Of a stretch of DNA of 64,000 nt, positions 47,375 through 56,239 are shown in pieces. The notes beneath the pieces are model-generated. The model saw nothing but the letters and a program-made list of their open reading frames with translations. It was not told where the DNA came from and searched no databases. Both the position numbers and the translations under genes were made by a program. The DNA lies in NCBI GenBank assembly GCA_963977445.1, contig CAXBPH010000001.1, forward strand, positions 1 through 64,000, given 5' to 3'. The first letter of the stretch is position 1. The number at the start of each line of letters is the position of its first letter. The DNA is from an uncultured bacterium. Lineage in GTDB: Bacteria > Hydrogenedentota > Hydrogenedentia > Hydrogenedentales > JAEUWI01.

Positions 47375-48340
47375 ATGCCCCTTTCTCCCGCCACTATCGC
47401 CGTATCTATTGTGATTCCCGCCTACAATCAGGCGACGCTCCTCGTGCGGCTGCTGGATTCCTTCCTTGCAATGGGCAATCAGCCGCTCTGGGAAGTCATC
47501 ATCGTAGATGATGCTTCAACCGATGATACCCAGTCGCAGGTGGCGGACTGGCTGGAAAATCACGGCGACGTGAATGGCCGCTACCTCCGCCAGGAACACA
47601 ATCAAGGGCCCGGTGCCGCACGAAACCGCGGACTGGAGGTCGCCAAAGCCCCACTCGTGGCCTTCACCGACACCGATTGTGTCGTGAAACCCGGTTGGCT
47701 GGCCGCACTGGTGGCACCCCTCGACGGAAACAATACGATTGTCGGTGTCGGCGGTGCGGTGGTCCCCTGGAATCCGGATAATCGCTTCGCCCGCTACAAC
47801 ACGGTGAACAACACCCTCCAGCCAATCCACGCCCCCGACTATCCCATCCCCTACCTGGTCACGTGCAACTGCGTCTACCGTCGCAACGCGTTGCAGGCTG
47901 CAGGGGGATTCCCCGACGACATCCCCCGACCCGGTGGTGAGGATGTGGCCGCGAGCATCGCCCTCTACAAGCAAGGCTATCGCTTCGCCTTCGCACCCGA
48001 CGCCGTGGTCTGTCACGACTACCGCGACACCTGGCGAAGCTTCATGCGGACCTGGACGAACTATGGATTCGGTTGCGGCCTCGTGGCCCAGCGTATGCTC
48101 ACCCCCGAGGAGCGCAACCCCGAGCTGGGCAAATGGGACGGTGACAACTACTGGGGCGTCCAGGCTGTCCGCCCGACCGTTACCGGGGTCCGGTCCCTGA
48201 TAAAAGACCTGCGATGGCATTGGGGCCGATGTCTTGGCCTCAAAACGGCCCCGAAGCGTATACCCGCGCTGATGTTGTTGCGCGTAATCGAAAGGCTGTG
48301 CTACTTTCGCGGCTGGAAACTAGCGCAACGGCAGACCTGA
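47375..48340 (+). CDS. GT2 glycosyltransferase
   Basis: SIVIPAYN, VDDASTD, GPGAARN, FTDTD and GGED motifs. Confidence 0.92.
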   Translation: MPLSPATIAVSIVIPAYNQATLLVRLLDSFLAMGNQPLWEVIIVDDASTDDTQSQVADWLENHGDVNGRYLRQEHNQGPGAARNRGLEVAKAPLVAFTDTDCVVKPGWLAALVAPLDGNNTIVGVGGAVVPWNPDNRFARYNTVNNTLQPIHAPDYPIPYLVTCNCVYRRNALQAAGGFPDDIPRPGGEDVAASIALYKQGYRFAFAPDAVVCHDYRDTWRSFMRTWTNYGFGCGLVAQRMLTPEERNPELGKWDGDNYWGVQAVRPTVTGVRSLIKDLRWHWGRCLGLKTAPKRIPALMLLRVIERLCYFRGWKLAQRQT

Positions 48341-48493
48341 GACGATAGGCGAAATAGTCCTGACCAAGGTCACGCAATTTTCGAACTTCCTACGTAACGC
48401 CTCCTGAATAACCCAACCCTTTTCCCTTCCAAGCACGGACTGGGGTAGAATCATGCCCGATGTGCACCACAACCTAGCTTCAGGCCTGATCCT

Positions 48494-50842
48494 ATGACGA
48501 ACACCCCACCCATCAAAGCGCCCGCCCTCCGATCCGTTCGTGGATTGGTGCTGGCAGTCAATGAACATGGGGAGCGGACCGACCCGACCACAATCCGCCA
48601 GTGGCTCCGTCTTTCGACCGAAAAGTTCAAGGCCCGGAAGGTGGACCTCTATCTGCCCGAGGCGGATGAGCGCGCCCTGCTACCCTTGTTGGAAGAGGCC
48701 GCCCATCTGGGTCTCCGCCTTTCCTTGCGGTGCACCCCGGTCACCCCCCCGGCAATACTACCCACCCTCGCCGAAGCGGGGCTGTTGGACCTGGCACTCG
48801 ACGTGAGTGAGTTGGACGCCCATGTGCTACGGGGCTGGATGGACCAGGCAACATTCGTCGGGCTACCCCTACGGCTCTTCATCACGGCAGAGGCCATCTC
48901 GGCGTCGCCAGACGATTCTTTGATGGACCTGCTTTCCGAAGCCGCGTCCGTACAGGTCTCCTTGGTGGATTCACTCACTGATGTCAGCACCACCGCCGCC
49001 CTGCCACCGGACACGATCGAACACATTATCTCCCTGATTCGGGGACTGAGAGACCGGGGTACCGAAATCCACTGCCTACAGATTCCCTATTGCCAGCTTC
49101 CCGAAGACCTGTGGCCCACAGTCACCCAACATGCCCAGTGGCTAACCCACCACCAGTACTATCGGCCCGCCGCCCTGGAATTCGTACGAAAACTCAAGAG
49201 ACTCACGCCCGCGCGCATGCGCCAGGCCGTAGAAATCGCTCTGGGCGAAGGGGCTTCCTTCCACAACCGTATCGACGATGCCGTGCTGCCCTGGGTGCTG
49301 GAGCATCCGTGGTATTTCTACTGGATTTGGTTCCTGCACAAGCTGACGCGCCGCCTGCCCCTGCGCCGCAAACAGCCCAGCCCTTTCCCAGAGGACCTCA
49401 CCGAGTTAGAGGCCCTGGTAGAAGCACACCGCACCGAACAGCGAAAGAACTTGGGCCCGATTTGCGCCCAATGTCGATTTCATCCCATCTGCGACCACCA
49501 CACGGAGCTCCTCAAGCAGCGCCTGCCGGGTCGAGCCATCGTAGCCCACCCGGGGGAGCCCCTGTATGACCCCCACGCCTTTCTGGACCCTGCCGTCACC
49601 TGGTATGACCCTATAGACACCCAGCGGGTCCAGCAGTGGTCTCAGAGGGCCCATCGGGTCGAAGAAGCCCAACAACGTATCCAACGGGAACGACCTACCC
49701 GGGAAATTCCCGCAGAGAGCTATGAGATTCAGGATCACAAGACCCATCGTATGCCCGCCTCGGTACGCTGGTTCTCCTTTTCCACCGCCGAACTGCAGAG
49801 CACCGTACTCGCCCGCCTGTCACCGCCATTCACAATAAGTGTCACCGTTGGGGGCGGAATGGCGGCGCTCATGGGCTTTGCCTTTGGTCGGCACGCCCGC
49901 CTCATGTGCCCCATGACCGCCTTCAGCCACAAACTGACCCTCCATGTCGACCGTGATGGTTACTACGTCCTCCTGCGGGACGGTGAGCCCGTGATGCCCA
50001 CGGCATTTGAAGACGCCGATCTGGTTCCCGAGTATCTGGGCACCGTCGTGGAGCCCCGTATCGCCCTGACCAACATCGACGGGCAAATCGTCACCCAGAC
50101 GGTGCTCCTTTGGGAGGAAAAACCCGCGACCACGCCCCCGCCGCCATGCAGGCACAGCGTGGTCATCGTTTGCACGAAGTATGCCCGTCGACTCCAGGCG
50201 GCCTTGCTGGCGCTGGCCCATCAAGAGGGACTGGAGGGCAAGGGACTCGAAGTCCTTGTCGGCTATGTACCCGGCATCGATGCGACCGACGACGTCTTGG
50301 ACAGTCTGGCCGCCCAATGCCCCGAATTGACGATAATCCGCATGCCTTTTACCCCGCAGCACGACCGCGCAAAGGGCTTTATCATCAACGAATGTATCGA
50401 TTTGGCCCGGGGAGCTTGGATTACCCTCCTGGATGCGGATATCATGCTGCCGCCCGATTATTTTGCACGACTGGATCGTGAACCCGAGGACACCCGATTT
50501 GTGGTACCGGATGGGCGTCATATGTTGTCCCCCGAAACGACCGCACGTGTGCTCCTGGGACTTTCCCATCCCTGGGCGGACTATGACGCCTTGCTCGAAA
50601 GTGACGGCGAATACCGTCACCACGAGTCGGAAGGAGTTCCCCCCGGCTTTTGCCAGAGTGTGCGACGCGCCGTGCTTGAAAAGATTCGATACCAGGAATT
50701 GGACCATTTTGAAGGGTCCGACTGGTGGTTCAGCGCCCAAGTCATAGAATGCTTCGGGAAAGAAACCCGACTGGAGGGCCTCCGCGTGCTCCATCTGGAC
50801 CATGGTGGCAGCCAGTGGTATGGTACGGACAGGCACTATTAG
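48494..50842 (+). CDS. Multidomain protein: degenerate radical-SAM-like region + C-terminal GT2 domain
   Basis: C-terminal SVVIV...LLDADIML (DxD motif); N-terminal rSAM-barrel-like pattern with IPYC and CAQCRFHPIC. Confidence 0.7.
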   Translation: MTNTPPIKAPALRSVRGLVLAVNEHGERTDPTTIRQWLRLSTEKFKARKVDLYLPEADERALLPLLEEAAHLGLRLSLRCTPVTPPAILPTLAEAGLLDLALDVSELDAHVLRGWMDQATFVGLPLRLFITAEAISASPDDSLMDLLSEAASVQVSLVDSLTDVSTTAALPPDTIEHIISLIRGLRDRGTEIHCLQIPYCQLPEDLWPTVTQHAQWLTHHQYYRPAALEFVRKLKRLTPARMRQAVEIALGEGASFHNRIDDAVLPWVLEHPWYFYWIWFLHKLTRRLPLRRKQPSPFPEDLTELEALVEAHRTEQRKNLGPICAQCRFHPICDHHTELLKQRLPGRAIVAHPGEPLYDPHAFLDPAVTWYDPIDTQRVQQWSQRAHRVEEAQQRIQRERPTREIPAESYEIQDHKTHRMPASVRWFSFSTAELQSTVLARLSPPFTISVTVGGGMAALMGFAFGRHARLMCPMTAFSHKLTLHVDRDGYYVLLRDGEPVMPTAFEDADLVPEYLGTVVEPRIALTNIDGQIVTQTVLLWEEKPATTPPPPCRHSVVIVCTKYARRLQAALLALAHQEGLEGKGLEVLVGYVPGIDATDDVLDSLAAQCPELTIIRMPFTPQHDRAKGFIINECIDLARGAWITLLDADIMLPPDYFARLDREPEDTRFVVPDGRHMLSPETTARVLLGLSHPWADYDALLESDGEYRHHESEGVPPGFCQSVRRAVLEKIRYQELDHFEGSDWWFSAQVIECFGKETRLEGLRVLHLDHGGSQWYGTDRHY

Positions 50843-50898
50843 AAATTGTACCGCTGGTTGGATTTTGTCCGCCAGTCTCATAACTCAAGGAATCACGA

Positions 50899-52155
50899 TT
50901 GCGTATCAGTCTGGTCGATTTACTCTTCTCCTGGCCCCCCAATGGCGGGGCCGATGTCGATCTGTATAATCTCGCAACGGGCCTGACCCGCGCCGGTCAC
51001 GATGTACAGGTGGTCGTCGTAAACGACGCCAACTCCTGGGAGCGGGGCGCCATCCACAGCGGACATTTCTCCTTTTCTCTCCTGGGCGTGTCGGGTACGG
51101 GGCGCAACTTCCATCGGAAGCGGCTGCCTGCCCGTATTCGCGAAGCAGTGGACATGTGGAACCCCGACGTGGTCTTTCTGGGCGATGGCTTCCTCATGAA
51201 ACCCTACGTAGGGCTCGCCCTCGCAGACTATCCACTCGTCGTCCGTTACTATGCCTACGAAATGGCCTGTCTCCGCGATATACTCCAATTTAAGGACGGC
51301 GCGCCCTGTCCCAACCACTATCTAAAGACGCCTGGCGTCTGCCGCGCCTGTGCCTTTGAGCATCTCGGCCCGGAGATTAAGTCGGGGCGGCACCACGCGT
51401 GGACCCAGGAATACCTCGCCGCACAGGCCTATGACCCGGGCTATCGAAACGTCGCAGAGGAATTTCTCGGGCGCATTCACAGTGCCATCGTTTACAACGC
51501 GCGGATGGAGGAAAACCTGAAGCACCACTGCGCCGATGTGTATGTGGTGCCCGGCGGTGTGGACAGCCAACGATTCACCTTTGAACCACAGGCCCCAAAA
51601 TCGCCCAAAGAATCCAAGCGCATCTTAATGGCGGGCCGGGCAGAAGATCCCATGAAGGGGCTTGATGTCCTCCTGGAAGCGGGCGAGCGCCTCTATCAAC
51701 AGCGGCGGGACTTTATGATTCACGCCACCGTGCCCGAAGAAACGCCCATGCCCTCTTTCGCCCTGGCCATTGGATGGCAATCCCACACCTCCCTGGTTGA
51801 ATACTACCGGCAGGCCGATATCTGCGTGGTGCCCAGCCGCTGGGAAGAACCCTTTGGCCTCGTCGCCCTGGAGGCCATGGCGACCGGACGTCCCGTATGT
51901 GCCAGTCGTGTAGGTGGCCTGCAGGACATCGTGGTTCACAAAGAAACGGGTTTTCTCTTCGATTCCGGTGATGCCGCCGAACTGGCCAAACAGCTGGACG
52001 TCCTGCTGGACAACCCCAATTTGCGTCAACGCATGGGCATCGCAGCCCACCGACGGGTCTATGCGGAATACCGTTGGCCCCACATCGTGGAAGAGTACTA
52101 CATCCCCATTCTGGAAGCGGCCTGCGAAAGCGGTACGCGGATGGTGGCTCCATGA
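50899..52155 (+). CDS. GT4 glycosyltransferase
   Basis: GGA, KGLD, PSRWEEPFGLVALEAMATG and GGL.DIV motifs; TTG start. Confidence 0.92.
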   Translation: MRISLVDLLFSWPPNGGADVDLYNLATGLTRAGHDVQVVVVNDANSWERGAIHSGHFSFSLLGVSGTGRNFHRKRLPARIREAVDMWNPDVVFLGDGFLMKPYVGLALADYPLVVRYYAYEMACLRDILQFKDGAPCPNHYLKTPGVCRACAFEHLGPEIKSGRHHAWTQEYLAAQAYDPGYRNVAEEFLGRIHSAIVYNARMEENLKHHCADVYVVPGGVDSQRFTFEPQAPKSPKESKRILMAGRAEDPMKGLDVLLEAGERLYQQRRDFMIHATVPEETPMPSFALAIGWQSHTSLVEYYRQADICVVPSRWEEPFGLVALEAMATGRPVCASRVGGLQDIVVHKETGFLFDSGDAAELAKQLDVLLDNPNLRQRMGIAAHRRVYAEYRWPHIVEEYYIPILEAACESGTRMVAP

Positions 52156-52598
52156 GCGCTCCCCGCATCTGTGCCTTCTACAGCCGAGGCCCCCACTACG
52201 TCCGCCTGCTTCGGTGCCTCCGGGAAAACTACCCCGATGCCACCCTGGTCGCGGCCATCCCCACCAGTTTTCCCTACCATGCCATTGAAGGGCTGGTGGA
52301 CGAGACACTGCGGCTGGACGACGGAACGAAACCCAAGCGTCTGGCGCAAAATTGGACTACCCTGGGTCAGATTCGTCGCGCGAAGTGCTCTCATCTGGTC
52401 ATCATGTTCGACAGCCCCCGGCTCAACCTGCTCAGCGCACTCTCGGGCGCAAGCGTCCGGCGGTGTTTCACCGTCGATGGACGCTTCTACAAACTCAAGC
52501 AACCGTTGATAACCGTATTCCTGAACTATTTGCGACAGCGGATGACGGGAATGTGGTATTACGCCCGGGCCGGGTGGGGCACCCGCAAATCGCAATAG
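52152..52598 (+). CDS. Hypothetical protein resembling a GT9 N-terminal Rossmann domain
   Basis: ATGA overlap with the GT4 stop; LRENYPDATL and VDE motifs. Confidence 0.5.
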   Translation: MSAPRICAFYSRGPHYVRLLRCLRENYPDATLVAAIPTSFPYHAIEGLVDETLRLDDGTKPKRLAQNWTTLGQIRRAKCSHLVIMFDSPRLNLLSALSGASVRRCFTVDGRFYKLKQPLITVFLNYLRQRMTGMWYYARAGWGTRKSQ

Positions 52599-52613
52599 AA
52601 TCCCTGCGAAAGC

Positions 52614-52871
52614 TTAGCCCAGCTGCGCCATGGGAATGGCTTCGTCGATAAGCATGACCGGAATGTCTTCACGGATAATGTAGAGATAGGCACCATCCGC
52701 GCGAAGCAATCCGCCTTCAATAGGCTGCTCAACATCTTCTTCGCCACGATTCTTCAGGGTCTTGGAGGCGATGGCTTCGTTAATACGATCAATCGTGGCC
52801 TGCTCCACAAGGCTGACAGCCGTCTTATTTTCAGGACATACCAGTATCTTCAACAGTTCTTCGTCGACCAT
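52614..52871 (-). CDS. Trm112/UPF0434 family protein
   Basis: LLKILVCPENK...YIIREDIPVMLIDEA. Confidence 0.85.
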   Translation of the reverse strand: MVDEELLKILVCPENKTAVSLVEQATIDRINEAIASKTLKNRGEEDVEQPIEGGLLRADGAYLYIIREDIPVMLIDEAIPMAQLG

Positions 52872-53095
52872 CGGATGGATAGCTCCATAGTTACTCAAAG
52901 TGTCTCGACCGCCGTAATTGCGGCCCATTTGCCCGGGTTTCACGTATCTGCAATACGGCACACACGGACCTTCGTCGCCAAAGGACGGGAGGGCACCATT
53001 GTACGTGATTCTCCCCACAACACGCTACCTCCACGGCGCAGTTGACTCCCCGCCATCGGGCTTGTAGGCTAAAGTTCAAACGGAGATACAGACTC

Positions 53096-53479
53096 ATGTA
53101 CAATTGCTTTAAGTGTGGTCGCTCATGGGAGAGCACCCTGCGGCAGCCTGCGGTCAAGGAAACCTGTGACGGGTGCGGCTCTTACCTGCATTGTTGCAGG
53201 AATTGCACCCATCATCGTGCTGGGTACCCCAACGAATGCTACATTCCGGACACGGAGAAAGTAGCCAACAAGACGCTCACCAATTTCTGTGACGAGTTTG
53301 ATTTTGTTTCCGCTGAAACCCTCGAATCGCGCAAACGGGGCAACAGGCAATCCGACCATTTATCGGAATCCTTGCTTGGTGAATCCAGCGAGCCAGAAAA
53401 TCTGGAATCTGATGTGAAGAATTGGCTGGTAACGTCCGATAAACTTGAGAAAGACTTTACGGACCTTTTCGAGGATTAA
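53096..53479 (+). CDS. Cys-rich putative metal-binding protein
   Basis: CFKC, CDGC, HCCRNC, EC and NFCDEF motifs; GGAG RBS. Confidence 0.7.
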   Translation: MYNCFKCGRSWESTLRQPAVKETCDGCGSYLHCCRNCTHHRAGYPNECYIPDTEKVANKTLTNFCDEFDFVSAETLESRKRGNRQSDHLSESLLGESSEPENLESDVKNWLVTSDKLEKDFTDLFED

Positions 53480-53552
53480 TGCGCCTTGATAATCCGCAGA
53501 TCTCGTGGTACTCTCCTGTAGGGTGATTAGTTGCTCATGAAGTGGAAAAGGT

Positions 53553-54932
53553 GTGAATATTAATAATAACGTAGTACATCGTATCCTCGTCGTAGACGAC
53601 AAGGCCAACATGCGTCAAATGTTGGAAGCTGCCTTCACAGAACGAGGCTATGCCGTGGATACGGCCGCCAATGGTCTGGAGGCCACGGAACTCATCAACA
53701 CCCACACTTTTGATGTGGTAATTACCGATATGAATATGCCGGAAGCGTCCGGCATTGACGTCCTTCGGGCCGCCAAGGCGGTTTCCAGCGATACCGGGGT
53801 AATTATCGTCACCGCCTTTGGCACCATCGACACGGCCGTGGAGGCCATGCGTCTCGGTGCCTACGATTTCGTGACCAAACCCTTTCGTCTGGCCGATATG
53901 GAGCGCAAGGTAGCCCGTATCATTCGTGCCCGCAGTGGTGCCACCACGCCGCCCGCCCAGACGTGGATTCACCCTTCGGTCCAACATATGGTCGGCGCCA
54001 GTCACCAGATTCGCCGATTGATGAAACTCATCATTAAAATCGCCCCCACCAACAGCTCCGTCCTCATTACCGGACCCAGCGGGGTGGGTAAGGAACTGGT
54101 TGCCCGAGCCATACATGAAGCCAGTTCCCGTCGGGACAGCCCCTTTGTGGCCCTGAACTGTGCCGCGCTGGCCTCCGGCGTCCTGGAAAGTGAACTTTTC
54201 GGACACGAAAAGGGTGCTTTTACCGGTGCCGATGTACAGCGTGTGGGGCGCTTCGAAAAAGCCCACACCGGGACACTCTTTCTCGACGAAGTGGGTGAAA
54301 TCGACCCACGCATACAGACCAAATTGCTTCGGGTGTTGCAAGAGGGAGAAGTCGAGCGGGTTGGCGGCGGCGATCCCATGAAAATTGACGTGCGCATTGT
54401 TGCGGCAACCAATCGTGACCTTCGCGAAGCCATTTCCGAGGGCACCTTCCGGGAAGACTTTTACTATCGGCTCAACGTCTTCTCTCTGGAAGTAAGCGCG
54501 CTAAAAGACCGACGGGACGACATTCCCGCCTTGGTTGATCACTTTCTTCGTAAATTCTCACTGGAGCTCGGCAAAGAGGTGCTTTCCATCGACGACGACG
54601 TCATTGGCATCCTGCTGAACTATCCGTGGCCCGGTAACGTGCGTGAGTTAGAAAACACGATGGAACGTGCCGTGGTGCTGGCGGAAACCGATCATGTAAC
54701 CCGCGAGGAATTGCCACCCCATATGTTGGAGAGTGCGGCCCTGGCGGCAGCATCCCCACAGGCACCTGCCCCACCCCAGGGCTCCCTGATTGAAAAAACG
54801 GACCGCTTGGAAAGTGACTTGATTCAAGGCGCGCTGGAACGCTTTCGTTGGAACAAGACCAAGGCAGCCGAACACCTGGGCCTGAAGAGAACCACGCTTC
54901 AATACAAAATCAAGAAGTACGGTCTGGAGTAA
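53553..54932 (+). CDS. Sigma54-dependent NtrC-family response regulator
   Basis: REC domain; GPSGVGKE, ESELFGHEKGAFTGA, WPGNVREL; Fis-type HTH. Confidence 0.95.
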   Translation: MNINNNVVHRILVVDDKANMRQMLEAAFTERGYAVDTAANGLEATELINTHTFDVVITDMNMPEASGIDVLRAAKAVSSDTGVIIVTAFGTIDTAVEAMRLGAYDFVTKPFRLADMERKVARIIRARSGATTPPAQTWIHPSVQHMVGASHQIRRLMKLIIKIAPTNSSVLITGPSGVGKELVARAIHEASSRRDSPFVALNCAALASGVLESELFGHEKGAFTGADVQRVGRFEKAHTGTLFLDEVGEIDPRIQTKLLRVLQEGEVERVGGGDPMKIDVRIVAATNRDLREAISEGTFREDFYYRLNVFSLEVSALKDRRDDIPALVDHFLRKFSLELGKEVLSIDDDVIGILLNYPWPGNVRELENTMERAVVLAETDHVTREELPPHMLESAALAAASPQAPAPPQGSLIEKTDRLESDLIQGALERFRWNKTKAAEHLGLKRTTLQYKIKKYGLE

Positions 54933-55073
54933 CAGGCCGCGTGGTCGAGGGTCTGTCGGTGAGGTAAATTCGACGTTGCCGTACGGAGTGTCGTCCCCCA
55001 CCCACTACAGCTTCACCGGTCGCTCCTGAGAACCCAACGCCCAACGCCTGCACATTGGGCGGTCAGCATCCGC

Positions 55074-55880
55074 CTAAACGGAGGGTGCGTGATCGGCAGG
55101 CATTTCTGCCGCGCTGTATACCATGAACTCCGTCACGGCCGTGACCTGATTTTCAGGCAATTCGAGGGCCGTCGCCGCCAGGACAGGCTCCAGAACCGAA
55201 GAGAACAGCAATGCAAAGGGCGATTCCTGTGCAACCGCGGCCTCCAGACTGCCCAGCGGACCATCAGGCCCTTCCACGGCAAGCACGTCTCCCAGAGCCA
55301 TCGTATTTTCAATGAAAGCGTTCCCTGAAGCTGCCGGACCAAAATCGGAGCCCGGTCGTACATTTGCAAGATACACAAACCTGCCCCGGCCAAGTATCGC
55401 GAGGGTCTCCTCCTGGTCGTAGGTCATTTTTGGGAAAAGCGTATCGGTTGCCGTAGGAGATCCATCGGAAGCTCCTGCCACCGTTTCGCCCGTTTGCTGG
55501 CTTTCGATGATGCGCTTCAACGCGGTCAATTCCCTTTCGCAGGGAACATTCTCACTGGACTCAATATCATCGACCATCGAGCGCAGTCGATCGATCGCCT
55601 GAAGTAGCAGGGTTGTAACTTCAGAATCCAGAGGCAATTCGCCATCCCGAAGCATCATCAGTACGTTTTCCATACGATAACTTAAATTCTTCAGGGAATC
55701 ATAAGCGAGGAAGCCCGCGCCACCTTTGATGCTATGAAGCACCCGGAACACCCGACTTATCACTTCAGGGGATACTTCTCCCTCCGCCATTCGCAGCAGA
55801 TCCGGTTTTATAGCATCCAGATGCTCCCGACTCTCCGTTACGAAGTCGCTGACCAGACTTTTATCTAAAAAATCGCTCAT
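55074..55880 (-). CDS. Stand-alone Hpt-domain protein (CheA P1/P2-like)
   Basis: FVTESREHL and VFRVLHSIKGGAGFL; no kinase core. Confidence 0.8.
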   Translation of the reverse strand: MSDFLDKSLVSDFVTESREHLDAIKPDLLRMAEGEVSPEVISRVFRVLHSIKGGAGFLAYDSLKNLSYRMENVLMMLRDGELPLDSEVTTLLLQAIDRLRSMVDDIESSENVPCERELTALKRIIESQQTGETVAGASDGSPTATDTLFPKMTYDQEETLAILGRGRFVYLANVRPGSDFGPAASGNAFIENTMALGDVLAVEGPDGPLGSLEAAVAQESPFALLFSSVLEPVLAATALELPENQVTAVTEFMVYSAAEMPADHAPSV

Positions 55881-56239
55881 TACGTACACTCCTGCCCATG
55901 CTGGGCGGTATATACTCCGCCGTGAACCTCAGCATAAACCAGTCAACAAGATTTGGGCAAGGGAATTCGCCCAATAACATATAAATCACGCACCCAGCAC
56001 CAAATAACATCAATTTTTCTTCTTTGCGGCTATCCCTATCCGAAAATTCCGTCCAACGTCACCGCAAATTAGTGTCCTACCCCGGTTTCAGCGCACCCTG
56101 GATCTATTGATGAACCTCCGCCTTTTGCTATCAAACGGTTAGCGAGAATGCAGGTGCATCCCTCCCGAGAATCCGTTACACTACTACCCTGTTCAAGCTG
56201 AAGAACGTGGCCAGAGAAACAAGGCAGGGAATTATCACA

